NCBI GenBank assembly: GCA_951406725.2
Contig: OX597814.1
Coordinates: forward strand, 18,352,001 to 18,416,000
From: Octopus vulgaris
Lineage: Eukaryota
Length of the DNA stretch: 64,000 bases
Direction: 5' to 3'
In this document: in pieces, positions 1 to 13,198 of the stretch
Layout of the letters: every line of letters begins with the position of its first letter
Numbering within the stretch: the first letter of the stretch is position 1
Position numbers and translations under genes: made by a program
Notes under the pieces: model-generated
Databases searched by the model: none
Told to the model about the DNA's origin: nothing
The model's input: only the letters and a program-made list of their open reading frames with translations

Positions 1-446
1 GATATACATTTCTTGATATACATTATCTGTGAAAAGACAAGGGTTTTTAAGCTTCATAATAGTAATGATAGTATTTGTAATCTTTGACTAATAAGTTATT
101 TACAATTTCATAGGCAGAGAAGTAAGGGTACCCTTCACACATTTCAGCGCGTCCAAAGAAGCTATTTTCAGATCAGAAACCTGTGCGACTGCTTGCAAAA
201 GATTGGGCATTTATCGCAATAAGTGATAAATGGCTAGGTGGTAACGTTAAACCGTTTGACGGATTAGGTCCCTTAATGGACTCTAGCTTATGGTAGTATT
301 TGTTACTATTGTGTTTATTACTTTTCGTTTTGTCATATTAATCAGATGAGTTTGAAAAGATGTGAGCTCAAATAATTACTCGAAGAATCAACGTTCTAGA
401 AAAGTCCGTCTTGATGATACAGAACAAGTGTTTTGTGATCCAATTT

Positions 447-863
447 GACTCTTTTTTTTTTTTTTTTTTACTTGTTTCAGTCATTTGACTGCGGCCATGC
501 TGGAGCACCGCCTTTAATCGAGCAACTCGACTCCGGGACTTATTCTTTTGTAAGCCCAGTACTTATTCTATCGGTCTCTTTTGCCGAACCGCTAAGTAAC
601 GGGGCCATAAACACACCAGCATCGGTTGTCAAGCAATGCTAGGGGGACAAACACAGACACACAAACACACACACGCATATATATAAATATACATATATAC
701 GACGGGCTTCTTTCAGTTTCCGTCTACCAAATCCACTCACAAGGCTTTGGTTGGCCCGGGGCTATAGTAGAAGACACTTGCCCAAGGTGCCACGCAGTGG
801 GACTGAACCCGGAACCATGTGGTTGGTAGACAAGCTACTTACCACACAGCCACTCCTGCGCCT
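447..863 (-). mobile_element. tRNA-derived SINE family A, full length, with internal (TA)/(CA) microsatellite
   Basis: Minus strand begins AGGCGCAGGAGTGGCTGTGTGGT (A box), then GGTTCAGTCCC (B box), CORE-like CCTTGGGCAAGTG, and ends in an A-rich tail. More than 12 near-identical copies in this window. Confidence 0.92.
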
Positions 864-2090
864 ATGTGTCCATTTAAAAAAAGTTTGTGGAATATTCGTG
901 AGAAATTTTACTGAGCTATGAGTATAGCATTAACTGTTATATTAAGATTTCTTTATAAATACAATGAGCAATTTTTGTTCAGTAGGATGTTATGTTCAAC
1001 TTAAATGACATCAATATTTCCTAGTATTATGATGAGCAACGTATGGGAGTCAACAAGCCCCAGCTGAGTGTGCAAAATGCATTAATTTCTCACCTGACCA
1101 ACGTTCTAAAGTTATATGGCCTTAAAATATTCCGAAACCTCTGAACTACATTCCCTGAAGTATGCATTTTTAGTGCTTATTCATATATTTCTAAATATTT
1201 GATAAGAATTTAAATTAGATAGGAAACAATTTATTATAAATATCTAAACGAATTTCAAATGAGATAACTGACGATTCGAATTTTAAAACACATAAGATAT
1301 ATAATTTTCTCTCAACTCAGTAGGATACGAAGAGGAATTCATGAAAATTTTAGATTATTTTGCTCGAGATAAATAGCATGCATTAAATTACACTCCAATT
1401 AAAAAGAAATTCACTTATATTTATAGAGATTTGTGAGAAAATCCTTTACTTTTAGTCGTTTAGAAATAACTTTTTCTTATCACAAAATGTCCAATTTTAA
1501 TAAATGTAAAATTTAGTGGCTCACAGCAACTAATATATTAGTGCCGAGTTAATATTTTATCAATTTATTCAAGAAAAAGGAAACTACTTATAGTTCTATT
1601 TTAAATATGTACTTCAGACAAACCTAAATACATTAGCTTATTTCTTTCGAGATGGGATCACTTATATAATTGCCCGTAAAACTTTAACATACTTAACAAT
1701 GTCACCCAGATGCAAATATTTTCCCTTAACTTTCATATGCACAGAATGGTTTCTAAATCACTATGGGGAATGGCAGATACTACAAATTAGTGTGGAAAAT
1801 ATATGGTGACAATGACTAACTAGGAGTAATGAAACACACTAAGCACTAATATTGTGATATTATGTATGCTATTGACACCTCCCCTTCTATCTTCATGTAG
1901 GATCTTTAACGCACATTTTTTCAGTAACGCACTAAATGCATTTATGCATATATAATTAACTTACAATTCATGGTGAACAACATCAGTCAGCTACATATGG
2001 CTTCCTTCTATACTCATTCCTGAATCAGGCGCATGAAAGTATCAACTATCCGTACATATTCGATTGACTTAGTCTTTTGTTATATATATA

Positions 2091-2489
2091 TACTCTTTTA
2101 CTTGTTTCAGTCATTTGACTGTGGCCATGCTGGAGCACCGCCTTTAATCGAGCAACTCGACCCCGGGACTTATTCTTTTGTAAGCTCAGTACTTATTCTA
2201 TCGTTCTCTTTTGCCGAACCGCTAAGTAACGGGGACATAAACACACCAGCATTGGTTGTCAAGCAATGCTAGGGGGACAAACACAGACACACAAACACAC
2301 ACACGCATATATATATACATATATACGACGGGCTTCTTTCAGTTTCCGTCTACCAAATCCACTCACAAGGCTTTGGTCGGCCCGAGGCTATAGTAGAAGA
2401 CACTTGCCCAAGGTGCCACGCAGTGGGAATGAACCCGGAACCATGTGGTTGGTAAACAAGCTACTTACCACTCAGCCACTCCTGCGCCT
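2091..2489 (-). mobile_element. SINE family A, full length
   Basis: Colinear with 447-863 along its whole length. Confidence 0.92.
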
Positions 2490-2876
2490 ATATATATATA
2501 TATTAAAATTAATCAAAGGACATACTAAGTATGTCTACCTGCTAGAATTAACAGTCAAAACTCTTATTAAATCGCCCAGAAAATACACTGATGAAAACTA
2601 CAGAAATCAAACGAAGGCAAAATCAGGTTAAGAACATCTACTAACATATTTGGACTCGCGTGAACCGGCTTCTGCATTGGTAAAATAAAACCTTAGCATC
2701 TTCAGCACGTATTACCATGAATAGAGACTCCCAACTTATCGCTTCGAAGTCTGTGCTGCAACTGATTCGTTTCGCGCCGAAATCATAACAGCCACCAGTG
2801 TAAAATAATCTCAATACAATTTATGAGAAAAATAATTCACCAAAAATTAATTTACGAAGGTGTTATTATGTATATA

Positions 2877-3025
2877 CTTAGCGGTTCGGCAAAAAGAGAT
2901 CGATAGAATAAGTACTGGGCTTACAAAAGAATAAGTCCCGGGGTCGATTTGCTCGACTAAAGGCGGTGCTCCAGCATGGCCACAGTCAAAATGACTGAAA
3001 CAAGTAAAAGAATAAAAGAATAAAG
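2877..3025 (+). mobile_element. SINE family A, 3' part only
   Basis: CTTAGCGGTTCGGCAAAA...TGACTGAAACAAGTAAAAGAATAAAAG matches the 3' third of family A in the opposite orientation to 2091-2489. Confidence 0.88.
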
Positions 3026-3284
3026 AAAACACATATAAGTGGCATATGATTTATTTAGAATGGAAACCCTTTGCAAGATTTATGGTTAGAAAACTGAGGG
3101 CCGAATAACTTTTCTGTAATTAGTGTCGTGATCGTGGATTTGACCATTTTCACATAGGTGAAATTTCAGAATATCTCACGTCGAATATATTCTTAGTTGT
3201 AAAGTAGTTAATATTATCTAAAATTTGTCAAGATGTAAACAGAATTACTTATTCATCGCTTAGTTTAAAATTGTCTCACTTACT

Positions 3285-3677
3285 TTTTTTTTTTGAAGCA
3301 TCCGTCGGTTACGACGACGAGGGTTCCGGTTGATCCGAATCAACGGAACAGCCTACTCGTGAAATTAACGTGTAAGTGGCTGAGCACTTCACAGACACGT
3401 GTACCCTTAACGTAGTTCTCGGGGATATTCAGCGTGACACAAGAGAGTGACAAGGCCGGCCCTTTGAAATACAGGTACAACAGAAACAGGAAGTAAGAGT
3501 GAGAGAAAGTTGTGGTGAAAGAGTACAGTAGGGATCACCACCATCTCCTGCCGGAGCCTCGTGGAGCTTCAGGTGTTTTCGCTCAATAAACACTCACAAC
3601 GCCCGGTCTGGGAATCGAAACTGCGATCCTACGACCGCGAGTCCGCTGCCCTAACCACTGGGCCATTGCGCCTCCAC
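3285..3677 (-). mobile_element. tRNA-derived SINE family B, full length
   Basis: Head GTGGAGGCGCAATGGCCCAGTGGTTAGGGCAGCGGACTCGCGG with B box GTTTCGATTCCC; poly-A tail; 13-bp TSD TGTCTCACTTACT at 3272-3284 and 3678-3690. Confidence 0.93.
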
Positions 3678-3885
3678 TGTCTCACTTACTCGGGAACACA
3701 TGACAACTGTGCCAGGTAAATATTATTTCTAACTGAATATTATTTCACTATGGTTATATGTGGGGAACATCTTCTTCAGAAATGAACCAAATTGCACGAT
3801 TAGTGACATTATATAGAAATAGAAATTAATTACATTAGTGTGTTTCTTGAATCTATTACGTGCGAATATCATTACATTAAGATAT

Positions 3886-4264
3886 GTGGAGGCGCAATGG
3901 CCCGGTGGTTAGGGCAGCAGACTCGCGGTCGTAGGATCGCGGTTTCGATTCCCAGACCGGGCGTTGTGAGTGTTTATTGAGCAAAAACACCTGAGGCTCC
4001 GGCAGGGATGGTGGTGATCCCTGCTGTACTCTTTCACCACAACTTTCTCTCACTCTTACTTCCTGTTTCTGTTGTACCTGTATTTCAAAGGGCCGGCCTT
4101 GTCATTCTCTGTGTCACGCTGAATATCCCCGAGAACTACGTTAAGGGTACACGTGTCTGTGGAGTGCTCAGCCACTTACACGTTAATTTCACGAGCAGGC
4201 TGTTCCGTTGATTCGGATCAACCGGAACCCTCGTCGTCGTAACCGACGGAGCGCTTAAAAAAAA
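3886..4264 (+). mobile_element. SINE family B, full length
   Basis: Inverted copy of 3285-3677; A tail; 12-bp TSD ACATTAAGATAT at 3874-3885 and 4265-4276. Confidence 0.93.
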
Positions 4265-5843
4265 ACATTAAGATATATGTAGATTAGATCATTGGTCGGT
4301 GCATTCGTTATTCCTTCATACTTTTGAACGTGGATAGAGATCTTTGTTTTAATTTGTGTAAAACGAACACAGATTTACTTCTATCCCAATACTGGACCAA
4401 TAATTTTTTCTCCATTGCAGAAAGTAAGAAAATAGCAAAGACGATTTTTGTGACAACTAAAACCAATGCATAAACGGCCTGTACCAAAATGTTTTTTGTT
4501 TTTTTTATCGATACGTTATCGATTCTAACAATCCATGATACTGAAAGCTGAAAACATGCTTCAAAATAAAATACAATAACACATGTTTATTACTACAAAT
4601 GTTTTGCAATATACTTACTACAAATGCTTTGTAAATCAAAATTTGTATATGTCTCAACTAGAATTTCATGTACTTCAAAAAATGTTTCATAAATAGTAAT
4701 CCGAATCGTCTGCTTTCAAAACATTGATTGTTTGATCTGAATTAGCTTAATTGAAAGTATAGATTACATAAGACTAGATAAAAAAAAATAAAATATCGAT
4801 GGAAACCGAGAGGTCGCATGTTCAAAAATACGATAGGACTGAATGTAAATTGAAGAAATATATTCTAAATTAGTAATCAAGTAACAATCGTAGGTTCGTG
4901 CCTGACAGGATACTCATTGCTTCATTAATGTCTTATGAGTGAAATGTAAATACTTTCAAGATTGATTATAAAATATTTACATGTTCTCTACCGACAGCGA
5001 GCTAGTTCTCTACAAGTTCTCCACTGCATTATTTGTCACTTAGAAATCTTTTATTGTTCAGTGATATAAATTAGAGACAAGACTTACAAGTTTGTGTATA
5101 AGATCAGAGAATGTCATGCGTATTACAGCTCTTAATAATGTATGACTGTGCAGTTAAAGCCTCAAGTAAATGCTTCTGCACATAGTTATATGTGTGGCTC
5201 TGTGTGTATACATGTGTGTGTATGTGTAAACGTGGGCGTGTGCGTGAGCGTGTGTAAAATAGGTATATGTAAAATATGTATACATACATGCATGCGTACG
5301 CACACACATTGATATTTTACACACATATACATAACTATTTTCACATTCACTTGTACGCGTGTACTAAGTGTCTAGCAGTTCATTAATGCTTGTTTGATAG
5401 AAGCAATTAGCAATTTAATTAGCTAATTTAAAGTTAAGACAGTCTCACTCTCCAATAGCTGTCTGCCCATCTGCTCACCGTGCACTCGCTCACTCATTTT
5501 CGAGCAATTTCGATTTTGGAAATTCGATTCTCGAACAATTTCTATTTGGGATTTTGTATATAGTATTTCAGTACGCATGGTCTTCGTGTTTCTCAACTAA
5601 TTTGATAATCCTATCTGAATTTGTGTATATGTGTGAGTATATGTTTGTGTGCACGTGTGCTTGCAGGGAATATATATTGCGGTGCAGTATAGAATTTGGC
5701 AAAGTTAGTTCTTGTTGCGTACTTCCTTGTTAGCCACGTCCTCTGTTCTTAGACATACACGAACAAATTTCTCAAACAGTAGCAAACACGGATTACTGTG
5801 ACTCTTACCCAATCTCTTTCGATATGTTATAGTTTTACTAACT

Positions 5844-6308
<465 letters not shown>

Positions 6309-6561
6309 ACATAGTAGATTGTGAGCCCAAGATTTGGTTGTTGTTTCCAACAGACGGCGTAACAGTATAACGCTTTTCCGCTCAAGGTAACGAAATCTTG
6401 ATTTTTGTTAATATTCGTGTTATTAAGGAAACTAGTTTGATGCGCGTTCATGCATGAACCTTTCAACATTTGAGCCACTATATGATTTCTGACGATTAAA
6501 TATTACATACATTCAAACACACAATATACATATATATATATATATGCACACAAGCATATAT

Positions 6562-6633
<72 letters not shown>

Positions 6634-6786
6634 GTGTGTGTGTGTGTGTGTCGTTCCTCTAAATTTCTTCAAGGCGGTTCCCAGCATGGTCATTTCTCGT
6701 TGACTGAAGATATAGATAAAAGGTATAGAGAGACAGATAGATAGATAGATAGACAGATGATAGATAGATAGATAGATAGATAGATA

Positions 6787-6994
6787 AGGCGGCGAGCTGG
6801 CAGAAACGTCAGCAAGCCGGGCGAAATACTTCGCGTTCTGAGTTCAAATTCCACCGAGGTCGACATTGCCTTTTATCCTTTCGGGGTCGATAAATTAAGT
6901 ACCAGTTACGCACTGGGGTCGATGTAATCGACTTAATCTCTTTCTCCTTGTTTGTCCCTTCTATGTTTAGCCCCTTCTGCGCAATAAAGAAATA
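6787..6994 (+). mobile_element. tRNA-derived SINE family C (Meta-domain-like core), inserted in (GATA)n
   Basis: GGCGGCGAGCTGGCAGAA head, B box GTTCAAATTCC, core GCCTTTTATCCTTTCGGGGTCGATAAATTAAGTACC, tail CAATAAAGAAATA; (GATA)n on both sides. Confidence 0.88.
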
Positions 6995-7207
6995 AGATAG
7001 ATAGATATATAGAAAATCAAATGCAAAAACTACCACTAAAGTAAAAGAGATGGATGGTAAAAGTAAATTTTACAAATTTAACGTTCAAAGAAGGAAAAGC
7101 CCATATAATAAAAGTTATAATGTTAAGAGAATTTATTATTTTATACATACTGTTATATGCAAAAGCCGTTACAACTATGTCATTATACCTATCAATTCAA
7201 AGATATG

Positions 7208-7423
7208 TTTCTTTATTAGCCACACAGGGCGGCACACAGACAGAACAAATTACAAGGTAGAGCTTTTCTTTTGGAGGTAAAAAAAAGGGGGTTGGTTTTC
7301 GATCAAAAGGATCGTAAAAGGAAAGAAAGAGGACAAAAAAAGGGGAGGATTTTAAAAAGGGGGGGGAGAATGAAAAAAAAAAGAAAAGGGGAGAGGAAAA
7401 AATAGTTGATCAATAGGGATCGT
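7208..7423 (-). mobile_element. Probable LINE 3' UTR fragment with a tail similar to SINE family C
   Basis: Minus strand is pyrimidine-rich and ends TTTGTTCTGTCTGTGTGCCGCCCTGTGTGGCTAATAAAGAAA, resembling the family C tail TTTGTCCCCTCTATGTTTAGCCCCTTGTGGGCAATAAAGAAA. Confidence 0.45.
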
Positions 7424-8187
7424 AATTGATAGAAATGTAGTGATATGCGTTCACTCATAGACACGCGCGCGTGCATACTGCTCATACACCATGCATATAT
7501 TTACATATCCACCACTGTGTACAGTTAGAGATTGTCTTTTAGTGTACTTTTTAAGATTAGAACCTTCAGTGTAAATTATTCGACATTTCATAAGTGCTGT
7601 TTTTATATCCGGAAGTCTGGTAGATTAATTATAACAAGAAACAGCTCTCATAGAAAAGCACCCCTTAATGGTCAATTAGATTCACAGCAAACTCATGCTG
7701 CCTTCTAGCCCTTTATGTTATTTTTTATTTCATTTACACCTTTTAATGTATATTTACTATTTTTTTCTTCCGTCAGTGTATTTTTTTAAGTTATATTTAT
7801 ATTTATAATCTTCCACGCTCAATTCCTTTCGTGAAATTCAAATATTATAACGCTTTGTTAAGTAGATGACTAAAATACTGTACAATATTTTTATACATTT
7901 TCGTTCTTCTATCTTTTATGATTTATTTAATTTCAACAAAAAAGTGTAGCTTATGAATTTATTTATTTACATTAGTTTTCTTATAATTTGTGAGTGACCT
8001 TGATTCAATTTAGCACAAAATTTATTTAGTTGATAAATCAAAAAATTAAAGCAGTATGAAAGTATTACTGAACTCACCCTCTGTGATTTTTATGCATTTA
8101 TATATATATATATATATATGTATACATACGCACATACATACATACTCAGAAACATGAGCACTTTCCATATATTCTGTACGATATATA

Positions 8188-9352
8188 TCAAGTCATCCCA
8201 TAAGTTCTGTCCGATTTTACCGTTTTTAAAATTGGATGAAATTTAATAGTATTTTAGAATGTCTAATGGAATTAAAACTATTTGTTTGCATTTGTGTACG
8301 TTTAAACTAATTAAATATTATTTTACAGAATAATAGAATAAAATTTTATTTTGATTAAAACACTTTATAATATGGAAGTATTCAAAGAGCATTTAAGACT
8401 TTATGAGAGCAAAAACGGAAATTCTGCAGCCGAAGAGACTTGAAAAATACACTCAGTTTATGGGAAAGAATGCTTGAATAAAAGAAATTGCAGGAGATGG
8501 TTTGCAAAATTTAGAAGTGGAGATTTCAGCCTTGAAGGTGAAGATCGAACAGGACGTCCAGTTGAGTTTGATGATAATTCCTTGAGGCATTATTTGAAGA
8601 AAATCTTGCATTATCAGTTGAAAAATTGGCAATAAAGATTAGTTCAAACCATACAACTGTTCCTCGTCCTTTTCGACTTGGAAAGGTTCCTCAACTTGGA
8701 AAATGGGTGCCTCATGAATTGTCCGAAAGCAACCGCAAATTTCAAGTTGACATCTGCTCTTCTCTCCATTCTCGCGAACTCATTTCACCCTTTTTGTATA
8801 GACTTGTGACTGGTGACGAAAATGGATCTTCTATCGAAATGCTAAATGTCATAAACAGTGGTTTGATTAAAGGGAAAAGCTCAACCACAACCGAGAATGG
8901 AACTTCATGGAAAAAAGTTTCTTCCCTCTATCTGGTGGGATTGCAAAGGAGTAATTCACTTTGAATTGTTGCCACCTAATGCAACATTCAATGCTCAAGT
9001 CTACTGTCAGCAATTAGAGCGTTTGAACCAAGCTTTGAAGAAAAAAGACCCGATTTAATGAATCGGAAAAGGAGTGATGTTTCATCAGGACAATTTGCGA
9101 CCACACACTGCAAATATCACATTACACAAGATCAAAGAGCTTGGTTGGAAAAAAATTCCTCATCCACCTTATTCTCCCAACCTTGCTACTTCAGACTATC
9201 ATTTATTATGTATTTTACAGAATAATTTGGGGGACATAACTTTCGCAAGCCAGGAGGAGGTCGAAACTGACATTTCAGGCTTCTCCGCTTTGACGCCAAA
9301 AGAGTTTTACATTGATGGGATTTAAAATCTTGTAAATAGATGGAAGGAAGTC
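8188..9352 (+). mobile_element. Mariner (DD34D) DNA transposon relic; 3' terminal inverted repeat (TIR) not found
   Basis: TIR-like start near 8188 (TCAAGTCATCCCATAAGTTCTGTCCG) after a TA run, followed by a degraded transposase. Confidence 0.85.
8372..9350 (+). pseudogene. Mariner transposase pseudogene (frameshifts and stops)
   Basis: Motifs WVPHEL, LVTGDE, HQDNLRPH and HPPYSPNLATSDYHL, with 34 residues between the second and third catalytic Asp. Confidence 0.92.
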
Positions 9353-9397
9353 CCTCCCCTTTTCATAATTTCATATATTCTTATATTTAAAAAAATT

Positions 9398-9699
9398 TTT
9401 ACGTTACAGTCATTTCACTGCGATCATGCTGGAGATCACCTTGAATGGTTTTAATCGAACAAATTGACCCCAGGTCTTATTTCTTAAGATTAGTATTTAT
9501 GCTTTGGGTCTCCTTTGCAGAACCGCTAAGATACAGGGACGTAAACGCACCAACACCAGTTGTCAAGTGGTGATATGAGGGACAAACACAAATACAAAAC
9601 CACACGCACAGATACACACTCACACACACACATACACAGAACATACACACGCACAAACAAATATGTATACATATATGTATATAAATATATATATATATA

Positions 9700-9749
<50 letters not shown>

Positions 9750-9780
9750 ACGCACACACACACACACACATATATATATA
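9398..9780 (-). mobile_element. Diverged SINE family A, 3' half plus microsatellite (split copy)
   Basis: CAGTCATTTCACTGCGATCATGCTGGAG...GGACAAACACA; the matching 5' half lies at 10561-10702. Confidence 0.75.
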
Positions 9781-10362
9781 AGAGGTCTGGTAAAGAAAGA
9801 GATTGCTCTTTCAGGGATGTCTTACATCCTAGCTACTTCCGGTTTATCCATATATCTATGAATTTACTGGAATTAGTCCGGATGTTCTGGCGCTATAGGT
9901 TATTTTGATTGACAAAACTAAGATGTTAACAAGAGCCACTTCGATTAGCCGTTTCGAATCCGGCTCGAGACTGAAACACTTCAATAACTACTAAATAATC
10001 ACACATACTATATATTGACACACCTTTTTTTAATTTTATTTTCGCTATTTACAGACCTCGTGACCCCCTTACAATCTACGATGGGACCACGAATCGTACG
10101 ATGAAATCCAGAGTTACACGTGGTCGGAAATTTTTAAATTAAAATGCGAAGGTGGTTTATCACTTAAAAAATCGATATCCACGAAATAATCATGCTCTCT
10201 GATTTATTTTTAAAGGTAAAAAACCTTCCTGACGACGGTTTTTGTAGCCCCTAAAATCATTGTAACCATTAGTCCAGCCGTCTGGCCGTGAAGTGGGAAC
10301 GGACAAAGGGACGGACAGACAAACAGGCAGACGGACATATCGCCCATTGTACTATTATATAA

Positions 10363-10395
<33 letters not shown>

Positions 10396-10519
10396 TATAT
10401 ATATATATTTATATAATAGTACAATGGGCGATATGTCCGTCCCTTTGTCCGTTCCCACTTCACGGCCAGACGGCTGGACCAATGGTTACAATGATTTTAG
10501 GGATTACAGGGATGATTTT

Positions 10520-10524
<5 letters not shown>
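9781..10524 (-). mobile_element. Insertion into the SINE microsatellite; probable non-autonomous Helitron-like element with a duplicated, inverted 5' end
   Basis: Arms start TATATAATAGTACAATGGGCG...GTCTGTCC...ACGGCTGGAC, resembling non-autonomous Helitron 5' ends (recalled pattern); inverted repeat at 10249-10502; a CTAG at 9829-9832 is a possible 3' end. Confidence 0.45.
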
Positions 10525-10560
<36 letters not shown>

Positions 10561-10565
<5 letters not shown>

Positions 10566-10702
10566 GACAGGCTTCTATCAGTTTCAGTCTAACAAATCCA
10601 ATCACAAGGTATTTGTCGGCCCGATACTATAACAGAAGACACTTACCTAAGATGCCACGCAGCGGGACTTATCCCAGAACCACACAGCCACGCCTGTGCC
10701 TA
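10561..10702 (-). mobile_element. Diverged SINE family A, 5' half (split copy)
   Basis: ACGACAGGCTTCTATCAGTTTC...CACACAGCCACGCCTGTGCCT. Confidence 0.75.
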
Positions 10703-11287
10703 CATGTTGACGTTTTTTTTACGTTTACTCATGCAGGATAATGTACATTCACATAGGAAATCACGCATGAATATTTTGGAAATATTTACTCTACTTTGAT
10801 GAGTATGTATGATGCAACGGAAACATCTCAGATGTCCATCATATATTCCAAAATGATAAATATTATATTAATTACTAAGCTTTGTTTCCCTCGCCGTATA
10901 CTTTTTGCGATATGGAATTTCTGATACTTATTGCAATAAATAAGCTGAAATTAGCTTAACTATTATCAAGATTATAACTACGTATCTGCTAGAGGAATTC
11001 GTAATGTACAGGTTGCTTCGAATTTCCCTGAGTATCGTTATTCCTGCTATTATTGTGTAGCAACAAATCATTCATATTGATAGATTAATGATACATGGAT
11101 AAAGTACATGGATGAAGGAAGCGCTTTGACGTAGGAGAATCTAGTCTGAAATATAACGTACGTCGATCAAGTTGTAGATATCTTTTTCAGCCTACTAGTA
11201 AATCATTTGAAATATGCGATGAAAGGGAGGACATGAATCAGATTCTTTTACATTTGATCATATTTCACTGTATGGCGTTATTGTTGT

Positions 11288-11355
<68 letters not shown>

Positions 11356-11360
<5 letters not shown>

Positions 11361-11500
11361 ACAGAGGGGATAAACAAGACAGACAAACGGATTAAGTCGA
11401 TATATTTATCGACCCCGAAAGGATGAAAGGCAAAGTCGACTCGGCGGAATTTGAACTCAGAACGTAACGGCAGACGAAATACGGCTACGCATTTCGCCCG
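11356..11500 (-). mobile_element. SINE family C fragment fused to the adjacent family A copy
   Basis: TTATCGACCCCGAAAGGATGAAAGGCAAAGTCGAC...GCATTTCGCCCG joins directly to TTTCAGTCATTTGAC. Confidence 0.85.
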
Positions 11501-11852
11501 TTTCAGTCATTTGACTGCGGCCATGCTGGAGCACCGCCTTTAATCGAGCAACTCGACCCCCCGGGACTTATTCTTTTATAAGCCCGGTACTTATTCTATC
11601 GGTCTCTTTTGCCGAACGGGGACATAAACACACCAGCATCGGTTGTCAAGCAATGCTAGGGGGACAAACACAGACACACAAACACACACACACGCATACA
11701 TATATGTACATATATACGACGGGCTTCCTTCAGTTTCCGTCTACCAAATCCATTCACAAGGCTTTGGTCGGCCCGAGGCTATAGTAGAAGACACTATCCC
11801 AAGGTGCCACGCAGTGAGACTGAACCCGGAACCATGTGGTTGGTAAACAAGC
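11501..11852 (-). mobile_element. SINE family A lacking its tail and the first ~30 nt
   Basis: Colinear with 447-863. Confidence 0.88.
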
Positions 11853-11945
11853 TTGACTGATATGTAGCTTACTATAAATCCCGATAATACTCTGTCCCTA
11901 GCATTATGAATATATGTTTCTGTGTGTGTATGTGTTTGTGTTTGT

Positions 11946-12110
11946 GTATGTATGTATGTATGTACGTACGTACGTATGTATGTATGTATGTATGTATGTA
12001 TGTATGTATGTACGTATGTATGTATGTATGTATGTACGTACGTATGTATGTATGTATGTATGTATGTATGTATGTATGTATGTATGTATGTATGTATGTA
12101 TGTATGTATG
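11946..12110. repeat. (TATG)n microsatellite
   Basis: Seen directly. Confidence 0.95.
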
Positions 12111-12355
12111 TGTGTTGGTGTATGAATTTAAAAATATAAGCCCTTCCCGTCTTGTCTTCATTTTGCGCTCATTCTTTAACACTATGTATATACTTAAAGA
12201 AATATAATTACACTTAAGTGTGTGTTTGTGTTAGCGGATGTGTGTGATCGTTTGTGTGTGCACGCGCACGTTATGTGTGCGTGTTTGAGGATGGGTGTGT
12301 CAGTGTATGTGTATATGCTTCGTTTGTTGTTGGCGGGGATTCGGAGAATAACTTT

Positions 12356-12599
12356 TACTCCTTTACTCTTTTACTTGTTTCAGTCATTTGACGGCGACCA
12401 TGCTGGAGCACCGCCTTTATTCGAGCAAATCGACCCCGGGACTTAAGCTTTTGTAAGCCTAGTACTTATTCTATCGGCCTCTTTTGCCGAACCGCGCTAA
12501 GTTACGGCGACGTAAACACACCCGCATCGGTTGTCAAGCGATATTGGGGGAACAAACACAAACGTACAAACATATACACACGCACATACATATATACAT

Positions 12600-12690
<91 letters not shown>

Positions 12691-12767
12691 TACGACAGGC
12701 TTCTTCCAGTTTCCGTCTACCAAATCCCCTCACAAGGCTTTGGTCAGCCCAAAGCTATAGTAGAAGA
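12356..12767 (-). mobile_element. SINE family A, head missing
   Basis: Tail TTACTCCTTTACTCTTTTACTTGTTTCAG; similarity ends after GCTATAGTAGAAGA. Confidence 0.88.
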
Positions 12768-12811
12768 AATATTACTATTTTCTTTCTTGATATTTTGTTG
12801 CTCAATTATAT

Positions 12812-13198
12812 GTTGGAAGCACTCCGTCGGTTACGACGACGAGGGTTCCGGTTGATCCGATCAACGGAACAGCCTGTTCGTGAAATTAACGTGTAAGTGG
12901 CTGAGCACTCCACAGACACGTGTACCCTTAACGTAGTTCTCGGGGATATTCAGCGTGACACAGAGAGTGACAAGGCCGGCCCTTTGAAATACAGGTATAA
13001 CAGAAACAGGAAGTAAGAGTGAGGGAAAGTTGTGGTGAAAGAGTACAGTAGGGATCACCACCATCCCCTGCCGGAGCCTCGTGGAGCTTTAGGTGTTTTC
13101 GCTCAATAAACACTCACAAGGCCCGGTCTGGGAATCGAAACCGCGATCCTATGACCGCGAGTCCGCTGCCCTAACCACTGGGTCATTGCGCCTCCACA
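12812..13198 (-). mobile_element. SINE family B, full length
   Basis: 12-bp TSD GCTCAATTATAT at 12800-12811 and 13199-13210. Confidence 0.93.

Noticed and set aside
445-829. Recurrent small ORFs such as [14 protein letters not shown] and SVSVYQIHSQG that look like a peptide family
   Set aside because: They are reading frames through SINE family A copies and are not conserved in frame between copies.
2588-2610. CTGATGA as a hammerhead core
   Set aside because: No stem II pairing before the next GAAA.
3886-3962. tRNA gene at SINE heads
   Set aside because: The A/B boxes continue into a repeated SINE body with a tail and TSDs; no complete cloverleaf with a terminator.
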